From a bacterium (GTDB lineage: Bacteria; SAR324; NAC60-12), in contig OZ242383.1 of NCBI GenBank assembly GCA_965209155.1, forward strand, positions 1,920,001 through 1,984,000: a stretch of DNA of 64,000 bases. The letters are read 5' to 3'. Shown here one piece after another: positions 60,691 through 64,000 of this stretch. The translations under genes and the position numbers were made by a program. Under the pieces are notes generated by a model, which searched no databases, had not been told where the DNA came from, and saw only the letters and a program-made list of their open reading frames with translations. The first letter of the stretch is position 1. Each line of letters opens with the position of its first letter.

Positions 60691-61470
60691 ATGGGTAAAT
60701 CTGATTTTTCGTTGGCAAATCAAGTGGCTATTGTTACCGGAGGTGGCACGGGAATAGGGCGGAGTATTGCTTTGGAGTTTGCCGAGTTCGGAGCTGATGT
60801 TGTTGTTAGTAGCCGGAAGCTGGTTAATTTAGAGAAAGTAGCTGATGAAGTTAGAGCGTTGGGTAGACGTTCCCTGGCTATCAAGGCCGACATCACCAAA
60901 AAGACCGATATCGATCACCTCGTTCAAAAAGTAGTGGAAGAATTCGGTCGTATTGATATCCTGGTGAACAATGGGGGAGTCGGTTCAAAAGTACTCGGTA
61001 AACCAGTGCCCATCATTGAAGTGGATGAAGACGAGTGGGACTTGATTATGGATACTAATCTGAAAGGCACTTACTTTTGTTGCCAGGCCGTGGGTAAGAG
61101 AATGATCGAACAGGGGAAGGGGAACATTATCAACATAACCTCGGGTGACGGAAAACGAGTGTCTGGTGGGCTGGGGACTTCCTACAATGTTGCGAAAGCA
61201 GGTGCCATCATGCTGACCCAATGCCTGGCTTGGGATTTCGGTAAACACAATATACGGATAAACTCGATTGCACCGGGATATACCAGAACAAAGATGGCTC
61301 AACCGTATTTGAGTGATCCTGAGAACTTGAAGATGCTTGAGAGCAGGAGGCCGTTGGGGCGAATTGGTGAGCCGGAGGAAATTGCCAGTGCCGCGTTATT
61401 TCTGGCTTCTGCTGCCTCCAGCTTTATTACGGGACAGACAATAAACGTTTGTGGTGGCGTGCACAACTAG
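60691..61470 (+). CDS. SDR family oxidoreductase
   Basis: TGGGTGIG and YNVAK motifs; AGGAGG RBS. Confidence 0.92.
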   Translation: MGKSDFSLANQVAIVTGGGTGIGRSIALEFAEFGADVVVSSRKLVNLEKVADEVRALGRRSLAIKADITKKTDIDHLVQKVVEEFGRIDILVNNGGVGSKVLGKPVPIIEVDEDEWDLIMDTNLKGTYFCCQAVGKRMIEQGKGNIINITSGDGKRVSGGLGTSYNVAKAGAIMLTQCLAWDFGKHNIRINSIAPGYTRTKMAQPYLSDPENLKMLESRRPLGRIGEPEEIASAALFLASAASSFITGQTINVCGGVHN

Positions 61471-61567
61471 ATTTATTCGTGGTCTTGGGAAGATGAACAG
61501 AGAAACAGCCAAAAAAAATGAGAATTTGCTAAGTCGCTATAGCCACCATACCCGGTGGTCAGCGCCG

Positions 61568-63193
61568 ATGAGCATTCCGCGTGGGCAGGCGTTCGATGCC
61601 ACCATACCGCACTTCTACGAGTGTTCGATGGGGGATGCGAATTACCTTGAAGTTTGGTGCTACACCGATCATATGACCTACGCGCCCGGTGATGAAGTGA
61701 TCTTCCATACCAGTACGACAGCGAAGGATTACTCCATCGAAATAATTCGTGACGGCTACCGTCCCGAGAGTGTCTGCAAGGTAGAGGGTCTGCCGGGGAG
61801 CTTTCATGAGACGCCCGAGGACTTTTACGAGAAGGGTTGCGGGTGGCCGGAAACTCATCGCTGGCGCATACCGGGTGACCAACCCTCGGGGTTTTACATG
61901 GTGGTCAGTCGTGTTGTTGACGAGAGCGGCGTTGAGCGAGAACACGAGCACGGATTTATCGTACGGCCGGGCGGCTCGAACAAGCGTGCCAGGATCCTGC
62001 TCATCGCCGCTACCAGTACTTGGACCGCTTACAATGACTGGGGTGGAACCAACAATTACGTCGGTCTCCATGGAGAGACCGACACCGGCCTCGCGCCTCG
62101 CCTGCACCTGCATCGACCTTGGACCCGAGGGCTTATCTATGTGCCGGAGGGCGCGCCTCGCAAACCTCACGAGTATGACACGCGCCCGGGTTACATCCCC
62201 CGGAATCCCCCCATCGAGTTTGCCTTTACCCGTGGCTACAGCAAGTGGTATGCGAGCGCGGGTTGGGGTTCATTCGAACATAACTTTATCGTTTGGGCCC
62301 AGCAGAATGGCTATGAACTGGACCTTGCCACGCAAGTTGATCTCCATTACCGGCCCGAACTGCTGGAAGGCTATCCATGTGTTATGACCATGGGGCACGA
62401 TGAATACTGGTCACTCGAGATGCGACAGGCACTGGACAAGTATGTTGAGAACGGCGGCAACTTCGCTCGTTTTGGAGGCAACTTCCTCTGGCAAGTGAGG
62501 CTGGAGGACGAAGGCCGCGTGCAAGTCTCTTACAAGCATACGGCCCACGAGCTCGATCCTGTTCGGGAGACGGAACAAACCCATCGTCTCGCAACGCATT
62601 GGGAAGATCCGAAAGTGGGACTGCCAGGTGCCCGGTCCGTTGGCGTTAATGCAATGTACGGCATCTATGCGCGAGTCGGCGGCATTGCGCCGCGGCATTG
62701 CGCCGGATTCACGACGTATCGTCCCGAACATTGGGCATTGCGGGGTACGGATCTCTGCTACGGAGATGTCTTCGGCTCGGAAGCGCATATCTTCGGGTAC
62801 GAGGTAGATGGCCTGGATTACATCGTAGAAGACGGTTTGCCGGAGCCCACATACCGTGACGGCGCGCTGCCGGGCACCGAGATCATAGCCATGGGTTTGG
62901 CCGGTAACTCGGAACAAGACCATGGGCACAAGGGCACGGTACTTTTTTACGGAGACGACGATGGCGTGGGTATCGCAAACATACGATACGGAGAAGGGCA
63001 CGACCGGAAAGAAGGTTCGGGTAAGCGGGGTAACGGGATGATCGTTGCCGCCCCCAAGGGCAAGGGCCAGGTTTTCTGCGCGGGTACTTGTGAATGGGTC
63101 AACGGTTTGAAATTGCGCGACGCGCATACGGAGATTATCACCCGAAATGTGCTTGACCGCTTCACAAGCATGTGGAAATGGGGTCAGGCTTGA
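61568..63193 (+). CDS. N,N-dimethylformamidase large (beta) subunit family protein
   Basis: TWTAYNDWGG, GHDEYWS, GGN..WQVR, GYEVDG and VFCAGTCEW motifs; start 61493 is possible. Confidence 0.8.
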   Translation: MSIPRGQAFDATIPHFYECSMGDANYLEVWCYTDHMTYAPGDEVIFHTSTTAKDYSIEIIRDGYRPESVCKVEGLPGSFHETPEDFYEKGCGWPETHRWRIPGDQPSGFYMVVSRVVDESGVEREHEHGFIVRPGGSNKRARILLIAATSTWTAYNDWGGTNNYVGLHGETDTGLAPRLHLHRPWTRGLIYVPEGAPRKPHEYDTRPGYIPRNPPIEFAFTRGYSKWYASAGWGSFEHNFIVWAQQNGYELDLATQVDLHYRPELLEGYPCVMTMGHDEYWSLEMRQALDKYVENGGNFARFGGNFLWQVRLEDEGRVQVSYKHTAHELDPVRETEQTHRLATHWEDPKVGLPGARSVGVNAMYGIYARVGGIAPRHCAGFTTYRPEHWALRGTDLCYGDVFGSEAHIFGYEVDGLDYIVEDGLPEPTYRDGALPGTEIIAMGLAGNSEQDHGHKGTVLFYGDDDGVGIANIRYGEGHDRKEGSGKRGNGMIVAAPKGKGQVFCAGTCEWVNGLKLRDAHTEIITRNVLDRFTSMWKWGQA

Positions 63194-63291
63194 AAGTTTG
63201 GAAAAAATAAATTTTCTTTTCCAATCTTTCAGTCACCGTAAAGAACTGACTTATAGTGGTTTCGAGCCACCTTTCGTCCTTCCTCCGGCAC

Positions 63292-63325
63292 AGATCCGGA
63301 CGTGCGCTACTAACGCATCCGGCTC
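63292..63325 (-). ncRNA. Group II intron domain V
   Basis: gAGCcggatgcgttagtagcgcacgtccggatct, just downstream of the maturase stop. Confidence 0.85.
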
Positions 63326-63335
63326 CTGCCTCGAG

Positions 63336-63935
63336 TCAGACGCTCAAACGTTGATTCGGATACGGGTGGGTTATCCTGACAGAAGGAATGTGTAGTTTGA
63401 CCAGTACTTTGAAGTGGTTCCAGTTCATCCTCTTTGCTTTATGGCTCCTCCGTCTTAGTGATTTGAACCACATCCGATGGATTTCGGTACGAAAAGCATT
63501 CAAGGCCCCCCTGTTGCCGGGAACTCCATAGTAGTTGTACAGACCGTTTAAAACAGACCTTAACCATTTTCCTTGTTCATGTACATTTTCATGACGTTTG
63601 CGTTTTACCTGAAACTTAATTTCCTTCAGCTTCTTTCGCAACCGTAGGGACATGGTGAGACGGGTGAGTTTGAATTTGCCGTCTTTTAACCGAGTGTCGC
63701 AGAGGTGGGTAAATCCCAGAAAGTCAAAACTTTCCGGTTTTCCTAAACCTTGCTTCCTCCGGTTAATCGCGGCGAATCGTCCGAACTCGATGAGGCGTGT
63801 TTTCCCTTCATGTAAAGTTAATCCGAATTTAGAAAGGCGTTGTCTTAGTTGGCGATTAAACTTTTCGCCATCTTCGCCGTATTGAAAACCCACAACGAAG
63901 TCATCCGCATCAATTATGTAGGCGATTTCCCACAC
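63336..63935 (-). pseudogene. Truncated group II intron reverse transcriptase/maturase
   Basis: ADDFVVGF, KTRLIEFGR, FDFLGFTH, domain X (NYYGVPGN, W...LRRRS) and HPYP motifs; N-terminal RT subdomains missing. Confidence 0.85.
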
Positions 63936-64000
63936 GTCCCCTCAGAGAAAGACATGTTGCCCCCAGACTATAACACATTGCAGAAATTCGCCAGGGTAGT

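Noticed and set aside
7486..63935. Diversity-generating retroelement (Avd-like genes plus an RT in one window)
   Set aside because: The RT is a truncated group II intron protein with domain V. I saw no template/variable repeat pair, and differences among the four-helix copies are not adenine-specific.

Overview
Bacterial window with two parts. About 1-26.7 kb is mostly housekeeping genes: topA, aroA, rodZ-like, dacA-like, pyrF, a GldA/F/G-type ABC operon, modA and degQ. About 26.8-64 kb is a rearranged accessory region holding two paralogous dipeptide/oligopeptide-type ABC importers, a sugar ABC importer, several SDRs, a dimethylformamidase-like gene, three toxin-antitoxin loci and many gene fragments. 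It also carries an intact IS21, an IS110/IS1111 element, IS66 remnants with derived miniature elements, and a truncated group II intron. The most striking observation is four 'four-helix-bundle' genes (23S rRNA IVP / Avd-like family), each framed by inverted arms built from 6- or 7-bp tandem repeats. Three of them sit inside a 556-562 bp transposase-less element with IS200/IS605-type ends that is inserted 3' of TTAAT without target duplication; an empty site is visible in the window. The fourth is inserted between two permease genes whose paralogues elsewhere in the window are adjacent. An ORF-less sibling of the element is also present. All calls come from reading the sequence and motifs by eye; no searches were run.
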